The notes beneath the pieces are model-generated. The model saw only the letters and a program-made list of their open reading frames with translations. It did not search any database and had not been told where the DNA came from. The position numbers were made by a program, and so were the translations under genes. Shown here piece after piece: positions 13,715 through 28,092 of a DNA stretch of 64,000 bases. How positions within the stretch are numbered: the stretch's first letter is position 1; every line of letters begins with the position of its first letter. The stretch covers positions 8,103,929 through 8,167,928 of the forward strand of contig OZ037769.1 in NCBI GenBank assembly GCA_964035545.1, given 5' to 3'. Source of the stretch: Bugula neritina. Its lineage: Eukaryota > Animalia > Bryozoa.

Positions 13715-16700
13715 GTTAGGTTCGCAATCTCGGATAAAGTTTTTTTCTCTTTTGATTACTTATCTTGAGGGTCCAGGTAGATGTTTCCAGGTGGGTGTGG
13801 ACCTGTCACCCTTGAGCATTTCGAGAAATCCAAGATAGCCGCCAATTATGAAAAAATTGTAATCCAGTCAGCATAAAGTCTGTATTATGTTGCAAAAACA
13901 AAATTTTTTTGATGATTGAAAAATATGTGCATTTTTAGAATGAATATGTGCCATGCCAGTAAAAAGGAATCAAAGTAAAGAGCCAAGAGACATGTTTCTC
14001 AGCTCAAAAATCGGAATTGCTTCAATAAAACATCACATATGGTGCAGAGAAATAATACAAGGTTTTTGAATAACTGTTTGGACACTGGACAGATATATAA
14101 AAAAACATTGCTTATTGCCAATGAATAGAAAGTGAAAAAAGATACAGATGCAGCATATTGCTCAGCTAAAGTTAAAATTGAACATATATATAATCGTACA
14201 AATGCGACAAACTTTCACTCATGTTCATATTAAACACCTTTTTCATTTTTTGCTATCATTAGCATTTGTTAGAAAGAAATGTTAGTTCATTGCAGCACAC
14301 TCCTGTTACTGCTTCACAAGGGCAGAACTCTGTGCATAGGATAGATGTACTAGAATAGCCATATCGTGTTGTTTTGCATGATTGTTGGCTTCCACAGGAG
14401 CATTTAATGAATTTGGGACAATTTACTTTATTTAGTACACATCAGCAGATTATGATCAAATATTTTGAAGTTTGCTCAAAATTCATGAACACTTACTATA
14501 TGGGGTAATAGTATTTGCTGATTCTATCTATGCATAACAAAAATGACTGGGAAGAGGTCCTGCAACATTTAAGCGCGGCGTCATCGTCATACGAGCTAAA
14601 TATACATTTGTGAATCATCACGGCCTATATAATATCCCAATGTAATAATAAATTAGGAATAGACATAGAAAATAATGCATAACTGGAAATTATTCAGTTT
14701 TATTTGTTAAAATTTTGATAGTTTGAGGCAAAAATCTATATACAATAGCAGCTAAATCGTAAAAAATCGCCAAAAGCTAGAGTCGTCGAGTGTACACCAA
14801 ATTAACTAACATGATCCACTTCATAATACTGTCTGGTGTAAGCACAACATCATTTTCTACTCCTTTTGGGAAAAGAGATTCTATTAGATTCCCTATCACC
14901 TACCAATGTTCTAGTGGGTTTAATGCCGCAGTTTCATATGGCTACCTGGAGGTGTGCTCTGGTGACATTGTCCAATAGCTTCATCTGTAGGAGGCAAAGT
15001 ACATAAGTTAAAGGCACATCGCAAATAGCATTGCTGACCTTGGTTTCCCAAGCCTTTTGTCTTGTAGATGTCATGGAGGAGCACTTTGCATAATTGTAGC
15101 AACATAGCATAAACTTGGTAGCTTTTTATGAATAGTCATCCTGAAAAAAAGCACTAGTGTCACCAAATCACACTTTCCTTCTACCAAGACATTTAGTATG
15201 ACTCCCTTTCCAATATTTTACATTGTTGCCCCTGAGAGGCCATAGGAAGACAGCAAATTGTTCATTATAGGGCTTTGTCTCGAACTTTCTCACTTAGTAT
15301 ACGATGTGGTCCAGGATGAGTAGCAGTTTTGCAGGGCACCAAGTGCTATCAGAGAGTGTCATCTGATTCTATTGTCAACATCTTCATCTGAGAAGCCACA
15401 TTTCAGTATGCCATCCTTCACTGTATCTATTAACCTTTTTTTGCCCCCCCCTCTCTTTCTCTTTCTCTGTATCTTCATCTCAGCCACCATTATAATATCT
15501 TCCTCCGTATCTCTTCTGCGCACATGTTCATACCATTGAAGGGGTCTCCTCCTCATGTCTATTGCAATGGCTTCTATTTTCACCTCCTCTTTTATATTAT
15601 CATTTGTTACATGGTCTTCCAATTTATATTGTAAATGTGTTGAAGCATCCTCATCTCAGTTGCACTTATCTGCTTCAATATTGACAAGAGCAACTGGGTG
15701 GCATCATTCTTTGAGTGGGTCATTGCAGAGTTCAATTTTCCATTTGACAGACTCCCTGTCTTTTGAATCAGAGTGGATTCTTGATTGCATCTCATCCTTA
15801 TCAGTAGTGAAAGCATTTATTTCAGACTTATTTCTGATGTCACTGAGGCCCTACTGTATCTTGTTGCATGCAGAAATGCTGTACACTCACACCTAGAGAG
15901 TTTTAGATTTAGTGGTAATGCCAATAATTCCCTCTTGTTGTGACTAAATCTCACGAAGGTCACCTCAATGGTCATGTCTGACCAGATGCCGTCAAGCTGG
16001 CCGCGTTTATGATGCATTGTGTGGTTACCAGCCGCGAATTCAATCCTTACATCTTGTGGCATGATCTCCATGCTATGCAGATAGTGCATTTCCTCTTCCA
16101 TTGCTAGGTGTAAGGCCCAGTCTTCCTCTTTAACAACTATGATGTGGGTGTTGATGGTAAAAATTGGTCCAATAAAGCACATGGCCTACAGTTTTGCTAT
16201 TCTTGAGTTCTCTACAATTTTAATCAACATCTTTTCAAAGTCCTTCATGCTAGTGATTACACTTTCATGAAGACTGGCTCTAACAGCTCTCCCACCAATA
16301 TTCTCCGACATCGTACATTCTGGAAAAACTTTTCTAATTAGCATTTTGGAGAAACCACCAAAAGTAAAATTAACTACTTCCACCAAATCTGTTTCAGCCA
16401 TTAGTGTGCCAGTGCACCCAACATAGGTCATTAAAAGAGGAGAAATTAATAGTAAACATTAATGAAAGGAGATTGGTATGAAAAAAGGTAGGGAACCACT
16501 GTTTTAATAGATATATTACTTGCCCCATCATAAAAAACTGTTGACAAATGCTTTTAGAGGAAAATTCAAATGTGCTGATTGCAGAAATAGTTTTCGAAAG
16601 CAAAAATGTCAATATTTAGATAAATGATGTGTCAATAATAAAGCAATTAAATTATGTTAAGAAGCCATGGTGTTGTGTTATTAAGGTTTTTGACCCCTTT

Positions 16701-17298
16701 TTATAACTTTAAAAAACATAACTAAAGTTTTAAAACTGAAAATAACTATTAAGTTGGCAGCTCAACAAACCTTTTTTGATAAGCATGCTAGTTTGAAATA
16801 AATTGCGATTTAGCTCATATGGCAAGGATGTTGCATTTTAAGTTTGCAGAACCCTTTTCAGCTTTATTTGGTGGACATATTTGTAAACAGCATATAAAAT
16901 CGCACCATACAGTAAATTTTCATGAAGTTAGAACAAACTGATGCAAGGAAATTATAAACACGGCAAGGCTAGGTTAAACTTGAAAAAATAAATGATTAAG
17001 GCTTTGCTTAGTTACCCTTGGTTATCATTGGCCTATTACTCAATAATGCACATGATAAAGGCACATGCATCTGTATTACATTAGTTTCTAAAGATTTCAA
17101 AGCAATGGAACCCTAAATTTAGCCCCGATGGGTAGATACATTTGAATTATAAAAAATCGTTTGGTGCCTGGCAGCCATAGTCATTTTCTCAAAATGCTCG
17201 AGGATAAGAAGTCCACATCCACCTGAAAACGTTTACTTAGACCCTATATTTGAATAATCAGGAGAGTAAAGAACTTTATCCAGGATTCCAAACCTAAG
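13715..17298 (-). mobile_element. Decayed long-TIR DNA transposon (unclassified) with pseudogenised ORF
   Basis: ~130 bp degenerate TIRs (13715-13845 vs 17169-17298) and a second internal inverted pair (~14552-14600 vs ~16808-16859). Minus-strand fragments YVGCTGTLMAETDL..FGGFSKML, EEDWALHL, GIWSDMTIEVTF and LCTLPPTDEA belong to a large ORF family commonly seen in invertebrate repeats. Confidence 0.7.
15300..15625 (-). mobile_element. RTE-type LINE 3' fragment nested in the TIR element
   Basis: RRRPLQWYEHVRRRD...KRKRGGGKKRLIDTVKD resembles the RTE C-terminal RLRWFGHV..RGRPKKRW.D motif and interrupts the host ORF. Confidence 0.7.
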
Positions 17299-17976
17299 TC
17301 AAAAATTGGCATATATAAGTTGAATGCTTATATGCAATCAACTGCACAAATAATATTATTAGAAATAGAAGTTATCCCTAAATTTCTCTCTCTCTTAATG
17401 CCTTAAGCCTGAAATAGACTGATTTCTAATATGTTTAAATTTATGAACTGTCGAGTGTTATTCACTCAAAACTGTTATTTTTGTTTAATTTTCTTGCAAG
17501 AAATTTTTTATATAGCAAAAATGTGTTTATGAACTGCAACGTATAGCGTGATTTTTATACCAATATTTGTATTTTTGTCTTTAGAATAACAAATTTTTGA
17601 GTTAATTAGACGTGGGAGACAAGTACCAAACTTAAATTTTTTTATGATGAGCTCATTTATATTGCGCACTATTTTAATACTGTAAAACTGTTTTGAGTGG
17701 AGTTGAGGATTACTGTATATTGTAGTATTTACACGTGCTACAGATTGTTAGTGTGGCATTGGCATATAATATGCATTATATAAATATATTGCAGAACACC
17801 ACCATACAATGATTATAATTAATTGTTTCTCCTCACCCAAATAAAGGATTAACTAAAACTCACACTCACTCACTCACACAATTTTACAGTCATCATCCCT
17901 GTGAGAAAACTCTTGATCGAAAAGTTTCTTTTTGTTGAATCGGGCTAAAGACTAATTATGCAGATGAGGCACAGAA

Positions 17977-18123
<147 letters not shown>

Positions 18124-18683
18124 CCATGAACATATATTTTATTAAAACAGTAATTTAGGTACAAATTTTCATTTCTGATAATACAATGTTTTAGTTTATA
18201 AATAGTAAATAATAAGAAAGATAATGATTCTAATCATGCGTCTGCTTTTACAACAACAACTATCTACCATAAACAACAGAGAAAATATCAATTTGGTTTG
18301 AACTAGTCCAACAAAACTATCAGGCCTAAATTTGTTTAGGTAAATATTTACACAGATATTTGTTGATAAAATAAAAAAATAATAAATAAAAGAATAAATA
18401 AAATCATAAATCAAAAATAACAAGCGTAGGTACATTATACGTAGAGTTGGATGAAAAAGTTATTACATTTGTAATATATTATTTTATATACTCTGTGCTT
18501 ATCAAAGGTTTTTCTATTTTGTTCATCCCAAAATTTCTGCTTATTTTCAATATATAGCATGTTGATTTGATACAGCAGATCTATTTTGCTAGTTTCATCT
18601 ATTGTTATATTTTGTTTGAATAAAACAACTTTTGTTATAGTTATGCAATTTTTTAAATGCTGTATGTTGATCTATCCTGTTTG

Positions 18684-21204
18684 CTAAGGCTTATCAGAAG
18701 TTTCCAGTCCATGAATCTCAAGCTCATAAATATTGAGTGCTTTATTCACTTCAACAGCTGTTACTCTCACATATCTACCATACATTCTAGTACGGCATGC
18801 TACCAGAAATATATCTGTTGGTGGTTGTCCAGAAAGGTAGTCACAGATCTCATCTTCTGGTGGATCATCAAAGTTAGTATCAGTTTTACCTACTGCTACT
18901 CTGACATTGGCCAGTTTGTCATTGCTAGCTAAAAGATGAGAATGGTATAAACTATGAACTTGGAATGTAATCATTTTAAACTGAACATGTAGTCATAGTT
19001 TTACTAATCATTGCTCGACTACTACATACATTTATCTACATGTACATAAATCATTAATCTATTTGCAATTAACATTGTAAACAGCCAATAGTAAAAAAAA
19101 CCAAAAAAGCCTTTAGTTTGAGCTGATATAGTTTTCTATGCTTGTCAATGCTGGTTATTTTATTCTAATGTTTACACCAGGTTAATCATTTGCTTTAGTC
19201 AAAGCTATAAGTTTAACAATATATTTTAAATTTTATCATGTGTTAGCTAGTATAAACAGCTTATACAAATTTTATTCATTCTTTTTTTAAAAAAAGTTAG
19301 TACATTGAAACATTGTTATAACAAATAACTTGCAAATCTCAACAATTTCTGTATTGACTCACCAGAATTGTAGCTTTCAGATCTGTCCCAGATATTGACT
19401 CCATCAACAAAGTGGTTGACAGCTAAATCCACTTGTATCCATGGAGACAGCTCTGGTAAAGTGTGTGCTAAACTGTCAAGCTCTCCCAGACCAGAGTCAG
19501 AAGGGAGATAAATATCATCAGTAGCTTTGTAGCCTGAATACCTTGCACTGAATATGCTGCTCATGTTAACTGCTTTGTCTAAAATCAGGTGGACAAAATG
19601 AAAGAAAACTGTCATGTTTGCTGGTTGAATAATGCATGTCATATGAATGAGTATACTGTTTGGTGAATAAATAGATGTAATAGATGTGATAAAATCATTT
19701 TAAAAATATTAACCATAATTCAAAAATATTCTTAACATGAAAAATTTGAAAATATGTTGCTATTTATTATACTAGTTGTATTTCCAAAATTAGCTCATCA
19801 AATATCATTCATGTGCTTGTCTAGAAAAGTTATAATTCAAAAGAGTTTCAACAAGAAAGCTGTTTCACCTTTAGCAAGATTGGATGAGAAGCCATAGGTC
19901 ACCAAGTCTTCGGAGTAGATCTCCTTAACCGAACAGAATCTACTTGCTTCCTGTGTGGTGTTCAGCAAATTTGGTTTATCAGACAGGAAACAGGTTGAAG
20001 AGTTCTTGTCATATGACACGGCAACACAAGATTGGTCACAAGAACAAAGAGACAGGCAGGATTCATATGTAGAAGGAATAATTTTATTGTAATAAGTGAT
20101 CACATCTGCAGATGTCTGATCTAAAAGTAATTATGTCAGTATACATTTAACTATTTTGTAATTGAAAAACTTGGCATGGATCCAAGATTGTTTTGGTAAG
20201 TTCTTATAGTATTAGCTAATATTCACACCTGTTTATTATTCAGTTAAAGTTTAAACAATCAATTTCTTATTCTTATATATGAAGCATATTTATCATATAT
20301 TAACAAAGTCTTATAGAGTAGAGTATTTTATATGAAATATTTACCAATCATTATAGAAAATAACTTCATAAAGTAAATTGTTTCCTTATTCTCTCCATCC
20401 TCTAGGTGATTTAGAATGCTGTCATTATAAAGCTGACAAACCTGGTCTGATGATTCAAAGGTACCAGATTGACACCCGGTGTTGTGAAAACTGCATTGAG
20501 TCATGCACTGAAGCTTACTCCGTGCTACATTAAAATAGTTATTAATAAATTTTTTTTGTAGTTTATATAAATGCAAATAAAGTCCCCCACAAGGCGCCAG
20601 ACACTCAACTGTGTTTTGAGATGTTCTGTTTGCAAATTAATCAATTAAATAAATGACAGATTGTGCTACAGCTTAGAGGTGTGCTAAAGCAACAAGTCTT
20701 TACTTAATGTCAGAAAACTGTTTTTATATAAGATTAAATTTTAGATAATGATACGCAGCGTCACAAAGCTCCGACATAACACATTCTTCAGATTTGAATG
20801 TACTAAAGTACTAAAATTATAAGCTTCCAAAAAAGGTAAATTAATTACCTTACCTAAACAGCTAATTATTACTTTATAAATTGCCATGGGGAGAACTATT
20901 ATTCATTGAAATGTCTTTTAAGCTCAGAATATAAAAAATATATATTTTGATTTTTATGAAGAGACATTGAATAATACTAATGCATAGAATGATTTTTTGT
21001 CACATATTCTTTTGCAAGTGCTATATACAGCTAAAATGTAATAACAAAGTTTATACCTTGTCGAGACTCCAAAATGTAAGATTCTGAACCAACGTTCCTT
21101 GAGATATTCTTCACACAATACATTTGCTGAGTCATGTTTATAGTTAAAGCCAAAGCTGGCGCAAGTAGTAAAGTCAGCGGTGTGTAAACCAGTGGCAACG
21201 CCAT
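18684..21204 (-). CDS. Secreted PAN-PAN-F-type lectin (FTP/fucolectin, F5/8C-like) protein, 346 aa, copy A
   Basis: Exons 21057-21204, 20345-20524, 19869-20120, 19363-19578, 18684-18928 (all phase 1, GT-AG, 1041 nt). Signal peptide MALPLVYTPLTLLLAPALA. Two CxxxC...C...C PAN repeats. FTP motifs NLAKDK.V.MSS, ATD, HT..ELSPWIQVDL, IWDR, GRYVRV, LNIYELEIHG. Confidence 0.85.
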
Positions 21205-22129
21205 GTTTGAAGAAAACAACTGTCTCAGAGGAGCACAGCAGCTTAAAAGTTTTAATTTTAATAAGCTGATGCAATTTGTATTAAACGACTTTCTAATTCA
21301 AATAGCAAAGTTTTGGTTTATTTATTTGACTAGAGAAGTTATTTATATTTCTTTGCAAATTACCAAAGAAGCCTATTAATTATTTACTAATATTTAACAG
21401 TGTGTCAATAAGAGTTAGAATTTTTGTAATATATATGCAGCTTATATGTATTTAGCGGCTTGTTTGCTTTAATAACCTATAATACAATACACTTTTCAAT
21501 TGAGAAAAACAATTTTTGCTTCCACTCAAAAATTAATTTTAAAAAAATTGAATTATTTACTTATATTAGAAAAAATATACATACTGGTATATTATATGTT
21601 GAACCAATAAATAAATTAATATAAGTTAAGATTTCATTTCTTTTTTTGAAAAAAAAGAGAAATCAACAAGAGAAATAACTGTGGATAAAACCAAACATAT
21701 TGCACTTTGGTTTGGCTCATGCTAAAATTTACTATACTTTCTTCACCTAAAAAATACTGTCCAGTGTCTTTGAAATCGTTCATGAAATAAATTAGGGTAT
21801 TTTAATGTTGATTCAAAAATTTTGCTCAACTGTGAAAAGGAGCTTTTTTATTGCTAACCCCTGCTGGTCACCACAATTTTTAACTTATATTAGAAAGTAC
21901 CATGACATTGTCTTATTATGCTCAATTTAAAGTTATGCTCTCACTTTTATATTATTGATCATTATTGAAATTCCTGAATGTATTATGGTATTTTTAGTCA
22001 TAACAACAATAACATCACAATTTTCAAAGTACCAAGTGTGAAACAAGGACAAGATATTTTCGATCAGTATAAATATTCATTTCAATTTCTCTTTTAACAA
22101 AACAAAATATCATACATGGCAACCGAAGT

Positions 22130-24290
22130 ATGTTAGAAAAAATGAATGCAGAAAACAGATAAACAGCTCCTAGGACAGTTGTAGTGTCCCAGAATATACC
22201 CAAGATTTAGCTTCCATGTAAGGTTATTCTTGATTCAAATACAGAGGTAAATTTTCAAGAATTCAAAAGTACATGCATGGGACTCATGAAAAATTTCATC
22301 TAGGCACCTGAGAAGTTATTAGGTGCCCAGAAAGCATTGTTACTATATACACCAGTGTTGGCGTCAATTACATATGAATGTAATTAATTACAATTACAAT
22401 TACTTTTGTTTTCACAAATAACAAATAGAAGTTACATAGTCTTATTTCTGGAGTCCAACTACCTGGGCAATTTTAACAGCGGAGAACCTTCTATGTTCTC
22501 CACAGGGTGATACAAAACCACATTTAAATATTATGAACTTTTTAGTAGACATGTTAGGAGAAGTATGAATTAGATAAGATTTAAAAAATTGAAGTAATTG
22601 TTATGTAATTATAAAGTGATTGGAAAAATCAATTACATTGGCTATGTAAGTAATTACAGTTACACTTACATTTTTATACATCAATTACAAATTACAGTTA
22701 ATTACTTGAAAAGACATAATTAATTACAACCAATTACAATTACAATTACCCCAACCCTGCTATACACAGTAGGTGATAGTGCAGCTAGAATTTTAGAATC
22801 ATCTGCAAAGTATGAGGAAGATCAAAGCCTTGAGTCCATACTAATACTTTGGACCAGCACTGCATTAGAGAGAATAATGTGGTACATGATAGGTACAAGT
22901 TCAATACGAGGAACCAACTCACAGAAGTGACTTTAAATACCTTTTATGCAGAATTGAAGTCATTAACTGCCAAATACAAATTTAACTACCAAAGGGGTAA
23001 TGCTGACCCAACAACTCTATTAAATGAAATACTTAGACACAGAATAACCTTGGGTTGATGTGAGATAAGGCAAGAAGTAAAAAAAAACTAAAATCACAAG
23101 GTTATAACACCTTGAGCTTTGAGCACTTATTTTAAATCGGTAGAAACAGTGAGGTCACTTTTACAGTGGTGAAGTCAGTAGACAAGGTTATAGAAAAGAT
23201 GTTGATGCAGTAAATTATTGCAAACTTCCAGCTTTAAAACAAAGAAAAATTGTGTTTATTAAACCAACTCAATCAAAATCTATATAGTAAAAAAGTGATC
23301 TGTTGCCTCATCACAGTTGCATACATGTATAAACGCAGCGACTGTCAGTACAAATAAACTAAAAAAACTTCTCTGGGAGGATAGATTATCTCAAAAGGCA
23401 CTATAAGTCAATTAATCAAATTGGAAAAAAAAGTGAAAGCCTGCTAGATGCTATTACCACTAATAAAGCAGAACTAGAAAAAGTGTGCATTTGAAAGATG
23501 ACTGATTGTCTATACAGCTATAAAGCAGTAGGGCACAAATAGAATATAAGAAAGACCATTATAGTAAAGGCCCTAGGTCTGAAGTTGTCAGTGAAATAAA
23601 AAATCAATAGGACGACTTCTAGTTCACTGGCAAGCTAAAATAAGTCACGTCTCCTGAACAGTAAAAATTTTTGCAAATGGTCATGACACACTATTCAAGG
23701 TAGAAACTGGTGCATGTGACACTGTGGTGAGCTGTGATGAAACATGGCTGAAGCGTGTTAACTTCAACACACCCCGCACTCTTTCACAAGACCAAGAGAA
23801 AAGGGAAATGGAAGTTATTGGCACATTCAGAGCTGATATGAGGTATAGCAATGAAACATGCTTCAAAGTAGTATGTGGGATCCAAATTAAAAATATCACT
23901 GTTTACCAGAACAGCATGTACAGAGCTTCTATTTTGTAGCATTTTTAGAAAATAAATCTGTAACCAGACACTATTTCAGGAGACAAAGAAAAGAGAGAAA
24001 TAGAGGTTATTGGCACATTAAAAGCTGATATGAGGCACAGGAATGGACAGACATGCGTCAAAGTGGTATAACATGTAATCCAAAATTAAAAATACCACTG
24101 TTTAGCAGCAAAGCATGTACAGAGCTTCTAACTTGTAACATTTCAGAAAATAAAGCTGTAGAAGTCATTGACTGAAAGCAGTCTCTGCATGTTTTATTTA
24201 AAAGCGAGTTTACAAAGATTGGTTAGGTCTATTAAAAAGTTATACCTACAAAATATCCTTCAGACTTAGTGCTCAAACCATGCACATGGG
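22130..24290 (+). mobile_element. Decayed Ty3/Gypsy gag-protease remnant (left arm)
   Basis: LYTVGDSAARIL...HCIRENNVVHDRYKFNTRNQ..E.TLNTFYAELKSL...EILRHRITLG (gag-like) and FKVETGA (degenerate aspartic protease DTGA) at ~23695; many stops. Confidence 0.75.
22353..22759. mobile_element. hAT-like MITE inserted in the Gypsy remnant
   Basis: Termini cagtgttgg.../...ccaaccctg, GTAATT subterminal repeats, 8-bp TSD atatacac/ctatacac (7 of 8 match). Confidence 0.8.
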
Positions 24291-24859
24291 GAAAAAAAAA
24301 GGGCATTTTTGATTATTAGTCTTTATATAGCTTGAAAGGGAATTGTTATGTAATAAACAAATGCATACATAATTATTATATTTAGCTATTTGTTTAGTTT
24401 TGGGTAAATACAGCTATATGAAATCATAACATGAAGATACTTTAAGAATGACATATACATGGATTTCAGTAATTAAAGAAAATGAGTCAATATAAAACAC
24501 ATTTAACATGGCACGGAAATCTTTATTAAAAAGGGAGTGAGATGAAACAAAGCTCGCAGCTAAAACTTATTTTTTTATAAACTTCTTTATGAATTGCATC
24601 TTACCAGAAAAGGTTTAATGAAAAATCAGCCAACTATAGGAGTAGAAGGGATTTTAGAGGTAGCAGCAAGCTAAAGGTTACATTGCTATAAAAAAAGCAG
24701 GAGAATAAAAAAAGAAGATTACAGCTGACCTGGTGAAAATGATACACACACAGCAAAACAGTTGTGACAACTGAGTCAGGATGGTGATATTTAAACAGTT
24801 GTTGCTCCGATAGATTCTAATACTGCTGTCATTATATAGTCTAAGCATTTTCTTGAATT

Positions 24860-26880
24860 TGATGAAACGCTTGTCTTTAATTAATTGAATGGCTTTACAT
24901 GCTATTTAAAAACAGGATTATTGAGCATAGCAAATGTTTGCCACCTTTTTCTTTATATGAAAAAGCATTTCAAAAGATTGGGAGAAGTTGTGAATAAAAC
25001 TGAAAAAATTGAATATGTTTAGGAACACAGTTTTAGTAGCTAAAATAGACTATGTTTTTTTGGGTATTGATATATTTTACTTTGAAACAAGTAATTAAAC
25101 ATCCTACATATATACCTTTATATATTATCCTTATGCTTAAAGTTTACAGATGGCCACATACACCAACTTTGGCAGCTGTCACCTTCTATTATCCACATAC
25201 TCTGCTGCTGATAGTTGAATCATCAGAAGACAATTCAAAGGTAAACAGGTGAATGTGACTGCAGTATCTTTTCTCACATTAAGTGACTGCAAAATTATCT
25301 ATTTTACTTTTAATAAAATAGTTTTTTTAGTAACCGTTCAAATATTTAACTAATATAATTATCAACATTTCTATTGCAACAATACAAACATATGAGTATT
25401 AGGCCATTGTTGAAGAATAACTGAAATAACTTCAAACTAATGCTATTTTATAAACCATCCTTGCTTACAGCTTCATTTTCGTTAATTTTATGTATGCAGC
25501 ATCTGGTAAATTCTCTTTTAACATGTACAATATTGCTATATATAATGAATGATTATGTATTGTTATAAATGACATTATAATTATTGATCGGTATAGATTA
25601 GTAATTATTATACACTCAGCTGTTTTGTATTCTGAACAGCATATTTAACTTAAAAGAGCTGGTTAAGTATATGGTTATTGAGTTACATTCATTACTTCAA
25701 CATTATAACTATTATAACTACTGGTATATAATATCATTTCAAGAAATAACAACAATGGTGAACACTAATAATAGGTAGTAATAACATATATTGTAGGTGC
25801 AGAAAAGTAATAATTCACTAGTCTATTAACTGTCAAATATAAAACTAATATCATTTATTCTGACTATTTTGTTGGATTTGATGAATAGCATGTCTTTCAT
25901 TAGTTGACTGGCTTTACATGTCTTTAAAATACAAACTTATATAGAAAAATTATTTAAAAAACTTGAAAAAAATTGTGAATAACATGGAAAACATGTATAT
26001 GCTTTGGAACAGGATTTCAGCAGCTAAACCTATGATATTATTTTTTCTTTTTCAGAAAAAAGACTGAAAAATAATTATGTGAATTAAGAAGCTCATCTAT
26101 TTTCAGTCCCTCACCTAGTCAGCTCAACGTATCAAACACCAGAAAGTAAAAACTATTAGGACAAAAACTAATATCCTGCATATGTCCTAGTATATCACCA
26201 GTTTAGGCTTCTTCGAGCAGCAGACACCTCTAAAGATGCATTAAGGTAAAAGAAAAACTGATGTGTAAATATCTCTGTAGGAAATATGTATTGATATTGA
26301 CATATTTTACTCGCATATAAAGTAATCAAACAGTTCTATACATACCTCAATATACTATCACAATGCTAGAAATTAACAGCTCTGGCAGCTGTCAAATTTT
26401 ACTATCTACACACTTCCTGCTGATAGTTAGAGGTAAACCGGTGAATGTAGCTGCGGTATCTTATCTTACATTGAGTAACTGCAAAATGACTTTTTTACAT
26501 TAAATAAACAAATTTTCTAGTAACAATTCAAATGTTAAACTAATAATATAATTGTCAACAATTTTTATTCTAACAATACGAACATATGAATATCAAACCA
26601 TTGTTGAAGAACAATTTAAATAACCTCAATTGGATGCTATTTTATAAAACATTAAATTGTCTACTTTACTTGTGATAATTTTATGTATAAAACTAGTATA
26701 TATTTATATGTTCTTTCAACATGTACAAAACTGTTATATATAATAGATGATTATATTGATGCGAATGACATATTAATTATTATCTAATATGGATTGGTGT
26801 GTAAACAATACACTCCGCTGTTCTGTATCTTGATTAGTGTACTTAACCTAGAAGATTTGGGTGATGTATGTGACATTGTT
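24860..26880. repeat. Diverged ~1 kb tandem duplication (24860-25680 vs 25870-26880)
   Basis: Shared blocks such as ggtaaacaggtgaatgtgactgcagtatctt / ggtaaaccggtgaatgtagctgcggtatctt and ccattgttgaagaa. Confidence 0.75.
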
Positions 26881-26912
26881 CCAAATTGTTCAATAAATAA
26901 AATTATTGGAGC

Positions 26913-26916
26913 TATA

Positions 26917-26975
<59 letters not shown>
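26913..26975. repeat. (TA)n microsatellite in the spacer of the inverted duplication
   Basis: Direct reading. Confidence 0.95.
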
Positions 26976-26978
<3 letters not shown>

Positions 26979-26979
26979 A

Positions 26980-27590
26980 ATATAAATATTTAGTACTGAT
27001 ACAATTTTGGATATAAAATAAACTTATATAATCACTTTTTCGACTACAATATTGTTTCACGTAGTGCAAGCTACGATGAGTGATTTTGTTTTGAAATTAG
27101 CATTGTTTATGTATCGTTACGCTGGAATGTCTTAATTAGCGTCTGTTAAATGCGCAAGTAAAAATCTACGCTTATGTCTGCACGTGGTGGAGAGCTCTTT
27201 TTGTTTGTTGAGGGAGGATAATTCCGGTTGTTTTAAAATTAGATATTTCTCATAGCTGCCTAAGTTACATCTGTTGGTTAGGGTTGAGTAGGATTTGCAA
27301 ATTTTAAAAATATTCCATTTTAAGCTGAATTTCGTGTTGTTGTCTTTTAAATTCCAGATGTGTCTGATGAGTTGTGTGCTGTTGGCTTTATCTGCATGTA
27401 GGAAAGAGGCTTTATGGTTATTGAATCTGGTTTTGAAGGTAGTTGAACAGAGTCCTATGTATGAATGGCTAGAATTATTGTCCTGTCTTGTCACAGTTGC
27501 TTGGTATATTACGTTTTTTTATAAGCATTTACCATTTAGTGGACAGTGGGAAGGTTGTTAGCAGTTACATTGTGTGTCATTTAGTTTTGT
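26980..27590 (-). mobile_element. Penelope-like (Neptune-type) GIY-YIG 3' fragment
   Basis: CPLNGKCL..VIYQATVTRQD...YIGLCSTTFKTRFNNHKASF...CNL..YEKYLI...LNKQKELSTTCRHKRRFLL. Its 3' end runs into (TA)n. Confidence 0.88.
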
Positions 27591-28016
27591 AGCTATGACG
27601 GCGCTGAGACCTGCCAACTAATTAGAATATACCTACTTAATCTACTAACTACTGAAATGAACATAGAATGCAATTTAGGCTTATATAGACATGATGGTCT
27701 CATAGTTTGTGAAGGAACACCTTATAGACATATAGAACTGTTTGATTACTCTATATGCAAGTAAAATATGTCAATACATATTTCCCACAAAAATATTTAC
27801 ACACTAGTTTTTCTTTTACCTTAATGCATCTTTAGAGTTGCTCTGCTGCCCGAAGAAGCCTAAACTGGTGATATACTAGGACAGGCTGGATATTAGTTTT
27901 TGTCCTAATTTTTTTAAATTCCCAATAGTTTTTACTTTCTGGTTTTTAATTGATACGTTGAGCTGACTAGGTGAGGGACTGAAAATAGATACGCTTTTGT
28001 AGTGTTGAGTTTACCC

Positions 28017-28092
28017 AGTGGCCTTCATGATGTAATGGTAGCACACTTGCTTGCAAGCCAGAGGTCTCGGGTTTGATTCTCAGTGGTGGCAA
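28017..28092 (+). mobile_element. tRNA-derived SINE head / tRNA pseudogene
   Basis: A box tgatgtaatggtagc, TGC-like anticodon loop, B box ggtttgattct. Absent from the left arm. A related copy lies at ~39063-39131. Confidence 0.55.

Noticed and set aside
20954-21274. 106-aa ORF (and the 110-aa mirror at 33772-34104)
   Set aside because: Alternative frame over exon 1. The 21031/33827 frame encodes the signal peptide and splices in phase.
27030-27090. Hammerhead-like remnant on the minus strand (cgtag..ctacg t GAAA caatattg TA)
   Set aside because: Stem II, GAAA and a palindromic stem III are present, but the CUGANGA core and stem I partner are missing. At most a dead remnant.
28017-28092. Functional tRNA gene
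   Set aside because: Acceptor and T stems pair poorly and related degenerate copies exist; a SINE head is more likely.
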